From: an uncultured Alphaproteobacteria bacterium
Lineage (GTDB): Bacteria; Pseudomonadota; Alphaproteobacteria; Rhodobacterales; Rhodobacteraceae
Direction: 5' to 3'
Assembly (NCBI GenBank): GCA_902556405.1
Contig: CACDWF010000004.1
Coordinates: forward strand, 19,519 to 83,518
DNA length: 64,000 nucleotides
Position numbers and translations under genes: made by a program. This document shows, piece after piece, positions 28,810-38,916 of the stretch; the stretch's first letter is position 1, and each line of letters starts with the position of its first letter. The notes below the pieces were generated by a model. That model did no database searches. It was not told where the DNA came from and saw only the letters and a list, made by a program, of their open reading frames with translations.

Positions 28810-31800
28810 CTACTTAGGCGAAATCCCTAAGGCCCCGCCCCCAGGGGTTTTCAAAACTAAAATATCACCTTTTTTTCCTTCTATCTGATCGGCATACTTC
28901 AATATTTCAACACTACCACCATTTCTCAAGAGACTAGTTGACCCGACTTTACCTGATCCTCCGCCTAATAGGCCTGGCGGACCAACGGTCCTATGGCCAG
29001 CCAGAACTGAAATTATCATTGGTTCCAAAAAGGAAATTTTTCGAACCACTCCGTCACCTCCATTATATTCCCCAATACCCCCAGAGCCTTTACGTATAGA
29101 AAATTCTTCTAATATAACAGGATATCTAAACTCAAGTGTCTCTGGATCGGTTAACCGGCTATTAGTCATATGGCTGTGAACAGCAGAGGTACCCTCATAA
29201 AAACTCCCAGAGAAGTCTACTCCCGCACCTGTTCCACCACAAATTGTTTCATAATATTGAAACTTTTCATTACCCCAGGTAATATTGTTCATAGTCGACT
29301 GAGCTGCCGCTTGAATACCAAAACCCATTAACAAAGCAGATGTGACCGCCTGACTGGTCTCTACATTACCTGCTATTACCGCAGCCGGATACTCTGGGGA
29401 TAACATACTTGCTCTGGGAATTGTTATTTTTATGGGTTTCATGATTCCAGAGTTCATTGGAATATTGCCCCCGGTTAATACTCTAAATGCATATAAGACG
29501 GCTGCTCTGGTTACAGGTAGAGGAGCATTATAATTACTTTCCAGTTGCATCGTGCTTCCATTAAAGTCAACCTCTATTGAACAATCCTTTTCATTAGGAG
29601 TTAGTTTGATTTTAATTTTTCTTACTTTACCTGATAAATCATTATCCATATGGTATTCAATCTCTTTACTTTTAATTGTCCTAATTGATTCCCTAACAGC
29701 ATTTTCAGCATTTTGACAAACGAGTTCTTGAAACCTGAAAACTGTTTCAACCCCATATTTATCGATTATTTTTAGTAATTCTGTCTCTCCTTTCTTGCAT
29801 GCTGCAATTTGAGCTTTCAAATCGGCTATATTCGTTGAAGGAGACCTTGCTGGATATTGGCCAGACATAAGTTTCTCTTTAATGGCCTTTTCTCTGAAAA
29901 TACCGTTACTTACAATTTTCCAGTTATCGATATAAATACCTTCTTGATTAATATTCGTGCTGTTACAGGGCATTGACCCTGGAGTAAGTCCACCGATGTC
30001 GGTATGATGCCCTCTAGCTGCCGTATAAAAAATAATTTCTGTTTTTCCAGAGTTCCAAATAGGGTTAACTATAGTTATGTCAGGGAGATGGGTTCCACCG
30101 TTGTAGGGTGCATTGATAGCGAAAATATCACCAGGAGATAAATTAGAATTATTATTTATTATAGATTTGACAGTAGAGTCCATCGATCCTAAATGTACTG
30201 GCATGTGAGGGGCATTGGCAATTAACTCGCCATTCTTGTCAAATATAGCACAAGAAAAATCGAGGCGTTCTTTAATAGTTATCGATTGAGCTGTTTTTTC
30301 TAAAACAAAGCCCATTTGTTCCGCAATTGACATAAATAAATTATTAAACACTTCAATTTGTGCGCTTTGGGTATGTTTCTTTGGTCGAAAAGTCTTTACT
30401 CTTTTAAGCTTGATTATACCACTCTCGCGAAGAGTACTTTCCCAGCCTCTCTTAAGTAGAATTGATGTCTGGGACCCTATAAGTACAGCAGGTCCGACAA
30501 TTTTTGATTTTTTGCTTAAAGTATCTACTGCGAAAAATTGACAATCATTCCATTCTCCATCAATGTAAACTCTTTTGTTCGCTATCGGTTGGTTAACTTC
30601 AATGGGCTCTTCAAGGTTATTAATGTTTTTTATATTTACGTCAGTGCCACCAACAGCTTCAACGAAAACCGATTCTATAACTAAGTTTTTTGAAGCGGGT
30701 TTGAACCCAAAAAGACGAAGAAAGGTTTTACTAAAGCTTGTTTGTAAATTAGTTACCGTGTCAAAATCAAAATCTAAGCTGGTATCTGTACCATGTAATT
30801 TTATAAATACTTTAATTAAGTATGTTATGTTTTTTTCATATACACCTTGCTTTTCAAGAATCTCTGTCGTTGAGGTAATAAGACTATCAGCTATAAGCGA
30901 ACTTTCTAATAGTGTCTCTCTAGTTAAAGGTTTTTCAATTATCATACTTTCATTAGTTCTCACTTCAGCTAAACCCATGCCGTAAGCTGAGAGAACTGAA
31001 GCATGGGGGTGAATAAGACAGGTTCTCATATCCAATATCTCCGCTATTGAACAAGCGTGCTGGCCTGCAGCTCCTCCGAATACAGTAAGGCAATATTCTC
31101 GTAGGTCATAACCTCTTTGAACTGATATTTTCTTAATGGCCTCTGCCATACTATTATCTGCGACGCTTATGTATCCTTCCGCAATTTCCTCAATCGGAAC
31201 ATTCATTTTGTCACTGAGCTGTTTGAAAAGAATTTTAGAGGCACCAAGTGACAAACTTTTTTTGCTATCAACACCAAAAGTTTTAGGGAAAAAGTCAGCG
31301 TGAATTCTTCCCGTAATAAGGTTACTGTCTGTAATTGTTAATGGTCCTCCTCTGTCGTAGCAGGCTGGTCCTGGAGTAGCTCCTGCGCTTTCAGGCCCTA
31401 CAATTAATCTCCCAGACTTTTCTGAAAGGATGCTACCACCACCTGCCGCTATAGTGTTTATGCTTAACATCGGAATAGAGATACGAATTCCGTCGATTTT
31501 ATTATTTACTGTTCTTTCTAGTTCCCCAGAGTAATGCCAAACATCCGTTGAAGTTCCTCCCATATCGAAGCCAATTATTTTATGTTCCTTGTCCAGAGCA
31601 CTAGTTTTAATCCCACCTATTACACCTCCAGCCGGTCCAGATAGAATTGAGTCTTTTCCAGAAAAAAAGCCAGCATTTGTGAGTCCTCCATTTGATTGCA
31701 TAAAGCTAATTTTACTACTTATATCTCCCTCAAACTCTGAGTAAAGGGCTTCAATATACCTATTTAAAACAGGACTTAGGTACGCATCTGCCACAGTCGT

Positions 31801-32436
31801 ATCTCCTCTCATAACATACTTCATAATTTGAGATGTTCTGTAGCTCAACGAAATGTGAGAAAATCCTAATTCCTTGGCTACTTCTTCTGCTTCTTTTTCA
31901 TGTTTATTGAATTTGCAACTATGCATGAAAACAATTGCACATGATTTTTCTTTCACATTTTTAATTTTTCTGAGCTCGTTAAAGAGTTTTTCTTTATCTA
32001 TGGGTATTAATATTTTACCAGAAGATGTTACTCGCTCATCAACTTCGACTATGTGATCATATAAAGGATCAGCTAAAACAATTTTGCGATCAAAAAGATT
32101 GGGTCTGTTTTGGTATGCGATCCGTAGTTGATCTCTCAATCCTTTAGTAGTCACAAGAACTACAGGAAATCCCTTTCTTTCGAGAAGGGCATTTGTCGCA
32201 ACTGTAGTACCCATTTTAATGGAGTTAATAACATCTGTGGGTATCTTTGCATCAAGAGACACTTTTAGAAAACGCTTGATGCCTGCCATGCCCGCGTCTT
32301 TATAAAGTTGTTTATTTTCAGAAAGCATTTTATCGGTGAATATATTACCAATAGGGTCTCTCGCAACAATATCTGTAAATGTTCCTCCACGATCAATCCA
32401 GAAGTCCCATTTTTTGTTCTGCTTCAAATTTAACAT
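28810..32436 (-). CDS. 5-oxoprolinase (ATP-hydrolysing), fused hydantoinase A/B (HyuA-HyuB) type
   Basis: 1208 aa. N-terminus FWIDRGGTFTDIVA, hydantoinase A and B domains in one polypeptide. Confidence 0.85.
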   Translation of the reverse strand: MLNLKQNKKWDFWIDRGGTFTDIVARDPIGNIFTDKMLSENKQLYKDAGMAGIKRFLKVSLDAKIPTDVINSIKMGTTVATNALLERKGFPVVLVTTKGLRDQLRIAYQNRPNLFDRKIVLADPLYDHIVEVDERVTSSGKILIPIDKEKLFNELRKIKNVKEKSCAIVFMHSCKFNKHEKEAEEVAKELGFSHISLSYRTSQIMKYVMRGDTTVADAYLSPVLNRYIEALYSEFEGDISSKISFMQSNGGLTNAGFFSGKDSILSGPAGGVIGGIKTSALDKEHKIIGFDMGGTSTDVWHYSGELERTVNNKIDGIRISIPMLSINTIAAGGGSILSEKSGRLIVGPESAGATPGPACYDRGGPLTITDSNLITGRIHADFFPKTFGVDSKKSLSLGASKILFKQLSDKMNVPIEEIAEGYISVADNSMAEAIKKISVQRGYDLREYCLTVFGGAAGQHACSIAEILDMRTCLIHPHASVLSAYGMGLAEVRTNESMIIEKPLTRETLLESSLIADSLITSTTEILEKQGVYEKNITYLIKVFIKLHGTDTSLDFDFDTVTNLQTSFSKTFLRLFGFKPASKNLVIESVFVEAVGGTDVNIKNINNLEEPIEVNQPIANKRVYIDGEWNDCQFFAVDTLSKKSKIVGPAVLIGSQTSILLKRGWESTLRESGIIKLKRVKTFRPKKHTQSAQIEVFNNLFMSIAEQMGFVLEKTAQSITIKERLDFSCAIFDKNGELIANAPHMPVHLGSMDSTVKSIINNNSNLSPGDIFAINAPYNGGTHLPDITIVNPIWNSGKTEIIFYTAARGHHTDIGGLTPGSMPCNSTNINQEGIYIDNWKIVSNGIFREKAIKEKLMSGQYPARSPSTNIADLKAQIAACKKGETELLKIIDKYGVETVFRFQELVCQNAENAVRESIRTIKSKEIEYHMDNDLSGKVRKIKIKLTPNEKDCSIEVDFNGSTMQLESNYNAPLPVTRAAVLYAFRVLTGGNIPMNSGIMKPIKITIPRASMLSPEYPAAVIAGNVETSQAVTSALLMGFGIQAAAQSTMNNITWGNEKFQYYETICGGTGAGVDFSGSFYEGTSAVHSHMTNSRLTDPETLEFRYPVILEEFSIRKGSGGIGEYNGGDGVVRKISFLEPMIISVLAGHRTVGPPGLLGGGSGKVGSTSLLRNGGSVEILKYADQIEGKKGDILVLKTPGGGALGISPK

Positions 32437-32537
32437 ATTTTTTATCTATCGACCCATGTCTCTTTTTAAAGATATTAATTAGTTTCAGTTGATAATCAAA
32501 CACAGATGATTACTGAATTTGAACCATTGAGTTTTTA

Positions 32538-33494
32538 TCAGATTAATCCAGCAACCCAATTTTCGATAAGATATCTTGCTATCGCTCCCTTCCTAGCCAT
32601 AAAAATTGACTTGTCCAGGCCATTGAGAGCTCGAAAAACCTCTTCTTTGCTTACCCAAATAGCGTCCTCAAGTTCATCCTTGTCAATTTTTAAAGTTCTG
32701 TTTTGGGCCTCTCCCGTGCACCCCATCATCAATGATGCAGGAAATGGCCATGGTTGACTCGTAATGTATTTTACATTTTTTATTTTTATCCCACTTTCTT
32801 CCATTGCCTCTCTTGTAGCTGCCGCTTCAATAGTTTCACCAGGTTCTATAAAGCCCGCCAAACAAGAATACATTTTTTTAGGCCAGCCATGTGATCTTCC
32901 TAAGAGTATGTCGTTTCCTTTTTTAATTAACATTATGACAACAGGGTCAATTCTAGGGAATTGCTTGAAATTGCATTTTTTGCACGTCTTTTCCCATCCC
33001 GCCTTTTCAGAGGTCAATTTTCCACCACATGATTGGCAAAAATTAACCCTTTTTTGCCACTCATGCATACCCTTCGCTGTTGCACATAAATTTGCATAAT
33101 TAGCTCCTAATATAGGTAATAAACTCCGTAAGTCACAAAAGTAGGTGCCCCTCGGTAAATCTGGATGGTAATTTCTTTCTGAATCACTAAAGGATCCGAT
33201 CTGTTCTGTATCTCCTAAAACTTCTTTTGAATCAGACATATCCCACAAAACAACATTTTTATTTTCAAACTCGCCCAGAAAAATATACTTCCTAAGATTT
33301 TTTATAAGCTTAGTTCTATGGTTTATAAGATATGGAAAGGGTTTTCCATACTTAAAGCCAAAAAGAAGCTTTCCTCTCCAAATGAGCAAGTGGGAACAAT
33401 TTTTTATATTTGTTACCTGTTTTGTATCTCGAAGATGTGCCTTCCTTTTTAAATTAATTTGAGAAAATAATGGAGGGGGGTCTAAAACCATTGC
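32538..33494 (-). CDS. nudC: NAD+ diphosphatase (NADH pyrophosphatase), Nudix family
   Basis: Zinc ribbon CQSCGGKL...CKKC followed by Nudix box GFIEPGETIEAAATREAMEESG. Start moved to internal Met (MVLDPPP) because the track start at 33587 runs into the SRP RNA. Confidence 0.78.
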   Translation of the reverse strand, partial: AMVLDPPPLFSQINLKRKAHLRDTKQVTNIKNCSHLLIWRGKLLFGFKYGKPFPYLINHRTKLIKNLRKYIFLGEFENKNVVLWDMSDSKEVLGDTEQIGSFSDSERNYHPDLPRGTYFCDLRSLLPILGANYANLCATAKGMHEWQKRVNFCQSCGGKLTSEKAGWEKTCKKCNFKQFPRIDPVVIMLIKKGNDILLGRSHGWPKKMYSCLAGFIEPGETIEAAATREAMEESGIKIKNVKYITSQPWPFPASLMMGCTGEAQNRTLKIDKDELEDAIWVSKEEVFRALNGLDKSIFMARKGAIARYLIENWVAGLI

Positions 33495-33554
33495 ACAATC
33501 CTTAGTATATTTAATTTTCTTGTTTAAGACTTTGTAGGATATATAATTATACTT

Positions 33555-33648
33555 GAGAGATTGGCTCGGGTAAACCTTATCGATCACCCGGTCAGGTCTG
33601 AAAGGAAGCAGCCGATTCGTACAGGTTTAGGTCGTTTGTCGATCTCTC
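33555..33648 (+). ncRNA. ffs: Signal recognition particle RNA (4.5S type)
   Basis: Domain IV core GGTCAGGTCTGAAAGGAAGCAGCC with a GNRA (GAAA) tetraloop. Flanking complementarity closes a long hairpin: GAGAGATTGGC/GTCGATCTCTC, TAAACCT/AGGTTTA, CGATC/GATTCG. It lies immediately upstream of dnaX. Confidence 0.85.
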
Positions 33649-33702
33649 GTTCAAATTGAAATTATACATATTCTAATAAGGAAATGATCAGAAAGAAAAA
33701 TT

Positions 33703-35043
33703 TTGTCCGTTGAGCCATATAAAGTATTAGCACTCAAGTATCGACCATCTCAATTTTCTGAGCTAGTTGGCCAGGATACACTAGTGAAAACTTTGCGAAA
33801 TTCTTTCCTCTCCAATAGAGTAGGTCATGCCTTTTTGCTGCATGGTGACAGAGGAGTAGGAAAAACCTCTACTGCGAGGCTTATTGCAAAAGCTCTTAAC
33901 TGTTCAGAAAAAAAAGATGGTGATGCAGAACCTTGTAACTCCTGTTCTAATTGTAAATCAATTCAAATAGGTAGACACGTAGATGTAATTGAGATGGATG
34001 GAGCAAGCAAAACCGGAGTGAATGATATACGAGAGATAATTGAGACTGTGGTTTACAGAGCCGCTTCAGCGAAGTTTAAGGTTTATATCATTGATGAAGT
34101 GCACATGTTGTCTAATTCCGCTTTTAATGCTCTACTAAAGACATTGGAAGAACCTCCAGAGCATGTAAAATTTATCTTTGCAACAACAGAAATTAAAAAA
34201 ATTCCGTTTACAATTTTATCACGAGTAAGTCGTTTTGATTTAAGACGTGTAGAAAGCGATGTCCTTACTAACCATCTTCTCGCAATTTTGCAATCTGAAG
34301 GGCTAAGTGCCGAAAAAGAAGCTTTAAAGACTATTTCTAGAGAAGCTGCCGGCTCTGTAAGAGATGCTTTATCAATACTTGATCAAGTACTAGTAAATTG
34401 TGAAAAAAAAATAGAAATCCAAATGGTTAATGAGTTATTAGGTAAGATTTCGAAATCTAACATTTTATCGCTTCTTGAACTCATTATTAAAGGGAATACA
34501 AAAGAGGCTTTAAAGAGGAGTAGAGATTTCATCAATGGTAATACAAGCGCTTCTTTATTACTTCAGGAATTATTAGAGTGTCTGCATTTTGTTAGTGTAT
34601 CAAGTTTAATGGATATTGATTTGACAGGTGATAATTATTCACTAGAGGAAAAAAAACTCGCAGAAAAATTGTACAGTACCACCGACATAATTATTTTAAC
34701 GAGTTTGTGGCAAATTCTATTTAAGGGAATTGATGAATTGAGGGTTTCACCCGAACCAATAACTAGCTTAGAAATGTTGTTGATAAGAGCTTGTCACATG
34801 TCGATTCTGCCTTCACCTGATACTTTAATCAAAAGTGTTTTGGATAATGGATCTGATAGAACAATGCGTATTTACAACTTGGATAGGAAGTCATCCTTGA
34901 AAACGACAGAAAAAGGTGAAATAATTCAAGATCATACAAGTGAGATCGAAAACACCCAAATGGACAGGTCAGTTGAGAGCTCAGACAGTAGCGCTGTTAA
35001 AGAAATTTTAGATATTTTTCCAGGGGCAACAGTAAAGAAATGA
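33703..35043 (+). CDS. dnaX: DNA polymerase III subunit tau/gamma (compact, 446 aa)
   Basis: TTG start. P-loop GDRGVGKTSTARL, zinc module CNSCSNC, DEVHMLS and SRVSRF boxes. The C-terminus ends ...ILDIFPGATVKK. Confidence 0.9.
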   Translation: MSVEPYKVLALKYRPSQFSELVGQDTLVKTLRNSFLSNRVGHAFLLHGDRGVGKTSTARLIAKALNCSEKKDGDAEPCNSCSNCKSIQIGRHVDVIEMDGASKTGVNDIREIIETVVYRAASAKFKVYIIDEVHMLSNSAFNALLKTLEEPPEHVKFIFATTEIKKIPFTILSRVSRFDLRRVESDVLTNHLLAILQSEGLSAEKEALKTISREAAGSVRDALSILDQVLVNCEKKIEIQMVNELLGKISKSNILSLLELIIKGNTKEALKRSRDFINGNTSASLLLQELLECLHFVSVSSLMDIDLTGDNYSLEEKKLAEKLYSTTDIIILTSLWQILFKGIDELRVSPEPITSLEMLLIRACHMSILPSPDTLIKSVLDNGSDRTMRIYNLDRKSSLKTTEKGEIIQDHTSEIENTQMDRSVESSDSSAVKEILDIFPGATVKK

Positions 35044-35081
35044 TTAGGTGAATAAGGCAACTATAAATAAAGAGGAATACA

Positions 35082-35426
35082 ATGTTTAAAGGTCTAGGCC
35101 AATTGGGTGACATGGCAAAGTTGATGAAGCAGGCTCAGGAAATGCAACAGAAAATGCTCGATGCGCAGAGCGAACTGGATAAGGTGGAAGTAACTGGAGA
35201 GTCTGGAGGTGGGCTAGTCAAAGTAGTTGGTACAGCTAAAGGAAATTTTAGAAATATTGAAATAGATGAATCAATTTTAATACCTTCCGAAAAACAAGTT
35301 ATAGAGGACCTACTTTTAGCGGCAATTAAGGACTGCAAAGCTAAGAGCGAGGAGGCCTCAAAAAAAGAAATGGGTAAAATGGGCGAGGCATTCGGTTTGC
35401 CAGAAGGTTTTAAGTTGCCTTTCTAA
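35082..35426 (+). CDS. ybaB: Nucleoid-associated protein YbaB/EbfC
   Basis: 114 aa. MKQAQEMQQKM and GGGLVKV motifs; conserved dnaX-ybaB-recR order. Confidence 0.88.
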   Translation: MFKGLGQLGDMAKLMKQAQEMQQKMLDAQSELDKVEVTGESGGGLVKVVGTAKGNFRNIEIDESILIPSEKQVIEDLLLAAIKDCKAKSEEASKKEMGKMGEAFGLPEGFKLPF

Positions 35427-35427
35427 A

Positions 35428-36045
35428 ATGTTAAGTGGACATGAAAAGGAGAGCCAATCTGCTCTAGAGTCGTTAATTAAAATCTTTTCAAAGATGCCAG
35501 GCCTTGGACCGAGATCAGCCCAAAGGCTGGTATTCCATTTAATAAAAAAAAGAGAAGTTATACTTGATCAGCTAATATCTTCGCTTGAAAATATAAACAA
35601 TAAAATACAATATTGTGAAATTTGCAGCAACGTTACGCTTGATAGAGTATGTGACGTGTGTTCAAATAAATCTAGAGATGCTAGTATAGTGTGTGTTGTA
35701 GAAGATATATCTGATTTATGGGCTATGAACCGATCTGGTGCTTTTAATGGTGTTTTTCACGTTCTGGGAGGTCTTTTATCTCCTATGGATGGAGTTGGCC
35801 CTGAAGAGTTGAGAATTTCAAATTTGATTGAGAGAGTAGCCTCTGGGAATGTTAAAGAAATAGTACTCGCATTAGGTGCAACTATAACTGGCCAGACTAC
35901 GGCTAATTACATTTTTCAAGAATTAGATAAATATTCGATAAAGATAACATCGCTCGCACAAGGTGTTCCGGTAGGAGGAGAACTTGATTATTTAGATGAT
36001 AGCACAATTGTAGCGGCTTTTAATGCACGAAGAAAATTTGACTAA
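35428..36045 (+). CDS. recR: Recombination protein RecR
   Basis: HhH (PGLGPRSAQRL), C4 zinc finger CEICSN...CDVCSN, and Toprim domain. Confidence 0.92.
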   Translation: MLSGHEKESQSALESLIKIFSKMPGLGPRSAQRLVFHLIKKREVILDQLISSLENINNKIQYCEICSNVTLDRVCDVCSNKSRDASIVCVVEDISDLWAMNRSGAFNGVFHVLGGLLSPMDGVGPEELRISNLIERVASGNVKEIVLALGATITGQTTANYIFQELDKYSIKITSLAQGVPVGGELDYLDDSTIVAAFNARRKFD

Positions 36046-37663
36046 AAAAATGAAACAGAATGAATTAAAAAAAAATCATGCCAACTATTCACCTTTAACA
36101 CCTATAGTGTTCATAGAAAAGGCAGCAAAGATATTTCCAGATCGCTATAGTATTATCCATGAGAATAAAATTTTTACTTGGGATCAAACTTTTACAAGAT
36201 GTAAACAACTTGCCAGTTCTTTGTCTCAAAAATTGGCCAAAGGTAATGTCGTAGGGTTTATCGCGTCGAACACTCCAGAGTTATACGAAGCACACTTTGG
36301 TGTGCCTATGGCAGGCATGATACTGAACGCTATAAATTATAGGCTAGATGCTAAAACAATAGCCTACATTATTGACCATTCAGATATAAAGTTGCTGTTT
36401 TTAGATACAGAGTTTCTAAAATTAGGTGAAGAGGCAGTCAAATTATCTAAGGAAAAGCCGGCTATAATCATAATTAAAGATGAACAAACATTCGTCCTTG
36501 AAACATTACATCCTCATATGGATTATGAGGAATTTTTGGAAGGTAATGACTTAAACTTCAATTATTATAAACCATTAGACGAATGGGAGAGTTTAAGTAT
36601 CAATTATACATCGGGTACGACAGGTAACCCTAAAGGCGTTGTATATCATCATAGAGGTGCTTATCTTAATGCAATGGGTAACTCTCTAGAATGGGATATG
36701 AAGATGCATCCTACCTATTTGTGGACTTTACCAATGTTTCACTGTAATGGTTGGTGTTTCCCTTGGACTATAGCAATGAGAGCTGGAACAAATATTTGTT
36801 TGAGAAAAGTAACGGGAGAGAACATCTACGATAAAATATTTAGTCATGGCGTAGACTATTTGTGTGGTGCCCCTACAGTTTTGAGTTTTATAATTAACAC
36901 TGATCCAGTCCATGTAAAGAAATTAGATCGCAGGGTGAAGTTAATGACTGCGGCAGCTCCCCCGCCAGCCAAAATACTTGAGCAAATTGAAAAATGTGGT
37001 TTTGATGTAACGCATGTTTATGGGTTAACTGAAGTATATGGGCCTGCGGTAATATGTAAATGGAAAGACGAATGGAATAAATTGGGTGCGTCTGAGAAAT
37101 CTAATTTAAAGTCCAGGCAAGGAGTTTCGTATCTGGTGCAGGAAGATTTAAAGGTAGTCAATTCAGAAACTCGAAAAGAAGTAGAGCATGACGGAAATGA
37201 ATTAGGAGAGGTTCTTCTTAGAGGTAATATCACTATGAAGGGGTACTTGAAAGATGAAAGTGCGACTAAAAAAGCATTTCAGCATGGATGGTTTAAAACT
37301 GGTGATTTGGGAGTAATACATTCGGATGGTTATATACAATTAAAGGATAGGGCTAAAGATATTATTATTTCTGGTGGAGAAAATATTTCCTCAATTGAAA
37401 TCGAGAACTGTATTTTCAAGATTGAAGGTGTGCTTGCCTGTGCGGTAATAGCGAAGCCTGATGAAAAATGGGGTGAGACGCCTTTCGCTTTTATTGAAAT
37501 GAAAGAAGGGGTTTTTATATCAAAAGAAGAGGTTTTAAAGTTTTGTAAAGAAAATTTAGCAAATTTCAAAGTGCCAAAAGAAGTTGTTTTTAGTAAACTT
37601 CCCAAGACTTCAACAGGAAAAATCCAAAAGGCAGAATTACGTAAGCTATTGTCTTCAAAATAA
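36023..37663 (+). CDS. AMP-dependent acyl-CoA synthetase/ligase
   Basis: AMP-binding motif [16 protein letters not shown], and a GKIQK C-terminus. An alternative start at the ATG at 36050 would avoid the 23-nt overlap with recR. Confidence 0.85.
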   Translation: MHEENLTKKMKQNELKKNHANYSPLTPIVFIEKAAKIFPDRYSIIHENKIFTWDQTFTRCKQLASSLSQKLAKGNVVGFIASNTPELYEAHFGVPMAGMILNAINYRLDAKTIAYIIDHSDIKLLFLDTEFLKLGEEAVKLSKEKPAIIIIKDEQTFVLETLHPHMDYEEFLEGNDLNFNYYKPLDEWESLSINYTSGTTGNPKGVVYHHRGAYLNAMGNSLEWDMKMHPTYLWTLPMFHCNGWCFPWTIAMRAGTNICLRKVTGENIYDKIFSHGVDYLCGAPTVLSFIINTDPVHVKKLDRRVKLMTAAAPPPAKILEQIEKCGFDVTHVYGLTEVYGPAVICKWKDEWNKLGASEKSNLKSRQGVSYLVQEDLKVVNSETRKEVEHDGNELGEVLLRGNITMKGYLKDESATKKAFQHGWFKTGDLGVIHSDGYIQLKDRAKDIIISGGENISSIEIENCIFKIEGVLACAVIAKPDEKWGETPFAFIEMKEGVFISKEEVLKFCKENLANFKVPKEVVFSKLPKTSTGKIQKAELRKLLSSK

Positions 37664-37774
37664 ATACATCGCTGAACATTTTTAGTAATATAAATGATTA
37701 AGAACTTCCCATTTTTTTTAAATTGATTAAACAGTAGTGAGTTACAAAATTAGAACAATCAAAAGAGGTTGAAA

Positions 37775-38776
37775 ATGTCAGTTAAGGTGGCAATAAATGG
37801 ATTTGGTCGAATTGGAAGAAATATTTTGAGAGCGTGCATTGAGAATAATAGAAAAGATATAGAGGTTGTTGCTATTAACGATTTGGGTTCTCCAGAAATG
37901 AACCTGCATTTACTTAAATATGATAGTGTACATGGTCGATTTCCGTTAGCTATCTCGCTACACAAAAATTATCTAAAGGTTAATAATGCAGATATCGAAA
38001 TCACTGCAGAAAAAGATCCAGCGAAATTACCGTGGTCAGAAGTAGATGTTGCTCTTGAGTGTACCGGTATTTTCACTGATAAAGAAAAGGCTTCACTCCA
38101 TTTAAATAACGGTTCTAAGAAAGTGTTAATATCTGCCCCCGCAAGCAATGTTGACCGTACGGTTGTTTTCGGAGTGAACCATGATACTCTAACATCAAAG
38201 GATGTAATTGTCTCTAATGCATCTTGTACAACAAATTGTTTGGCTCCTGTAGTAAAGGTTTTACACGAGAATTTTGGCATAGAAGTTGGTTATATGACCA
38301 CAATTCATAGTTATACTGGAGACCAGCCAGTCTTAGACACTATTCACAAAGATTATTATAGAGCTAGAGCTGCTTCTCTTAATATGATTCCAACATCAAC
38401 AGGAGCCGCTCAAGCCGTTTCTTTGGTACTGCCTGAGCTAAAAGGAAAACTTGATGGATCAGCAATTCGAGTGCCTACCCCGAATGTTTCATGTGTGGAT
38501 CTGAAATGTATTTTAACTAAAGAGAATTCAGTTGCTGAAATTAACAAAGCCATTAAAAAAGCCTCTAAAACGACGTTAAACGGTATCTTGGCTTTTGAAG
38601 ATGCACCATTAGTTTCAACAGACCTAAATCATCATCCAGCCTCGTCAATATTTGCAGGGGCTCAAACAAAAGTTTTGACTGCGGGCATGGCCCGAGTTCT
38701 CTGTTGGTATGATAATGAATGGGGCTTTTCGAATCGCATGCTCGATACAGCAACTTATTTGGGAGATATTCAGTAA
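37775..38776 (+). CDS. gap: Glyceraldehyde-3-phosphate dehydrogenase (type I)
   Basis: INGFGRIGR and active-site SNASCTTNCLAP. ATG at 37775, preceded by AAGAGG, is preferred over the track's TTG at 37769. Confidence 0.92.
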   Translation: MSVKVAINGFGRIGRNILRACIENNRKDIEVVAINDLGSPEMNLHLLKYDSVHGRFPLAISLHKNYLKVNNADIEITAEKDPAKLPWSEVDVALECTGIFTDKEKASLHLNNGSKKVLISAPASNVDRTVVFGVNHDTLTSKDVIVSNASCTTNCLAPVVKVLHENFGIEVGYMTTIHSYTGDQPVLDTIHKDYYRARAASLNMIPTSTGAAQAVSLVLPELKGKLDGSAIRVPTPNVSCVDLKCILTKENSVAEINKAIKKASKTTLNGILAFEDAPLVSTDLNHHPASSIFAGAQTKVLTAGMARVLCWYDNEWGFSNRMLDTATYLGDIQ

Positions 38777-38784
38777 AGTTTGTG

Positions 38785-38859
38785 TGGTACGCCCTAGGGG
38801 AATCGAACCCCTCTTTCCAGAATGAAAATCTGGCGTCCTAACCGATAGACGAAGGGCGC
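38785..38859 (-). tRNA. tRNA-Glu (anticodon UUC), CCA encoded
   Basis: Reverse complement GCGCCCTTCGTCTATCGGTTAGGACGCCAGATTTTCATTCTGGAAAGAGGGGTTCGATTCCCCTAGGGCGTACCA folds as a cloverleaf. It has a 7-bp acceptor stem (G1-U72 wobble), anticodon stem CCAGA/TCTGG with loop TTTTCAT, and T arm AGGGG-TTCGATT-CCCCT. Confidence 0.92.
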
Positions 38860-38916
38860 ATCCGTTTTAACGTTTTACTGAAAATAATAGCTACTTCAAG
38901 TTGTTTTTTTAAATTT

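Noticed and set aside
34403-34411. A9 homopolymer inside dnaX, considered as a programmed -1 frameshift site producing a gamma subunit, as in E. coli (A AAA AAG).
   Set aside because: A -1 slip here would terminate after about 7 codons at roughly residue 240. That is before domain III, which gamma needs for clamp-loader assembly. No downstream stimulatory hairpin is evident. It is most likely just Lys-Lys codons in AT-rich DNA.
38777-38916. tRNA-Glu as a possible integration hotspot or genomic island boundary.
   Set aside because: The tRNA is flanked directly by gap and recJ, both core genes. There is no integrase, no direct repeat of the tRNA 3' end and no compositional change visible nearby.
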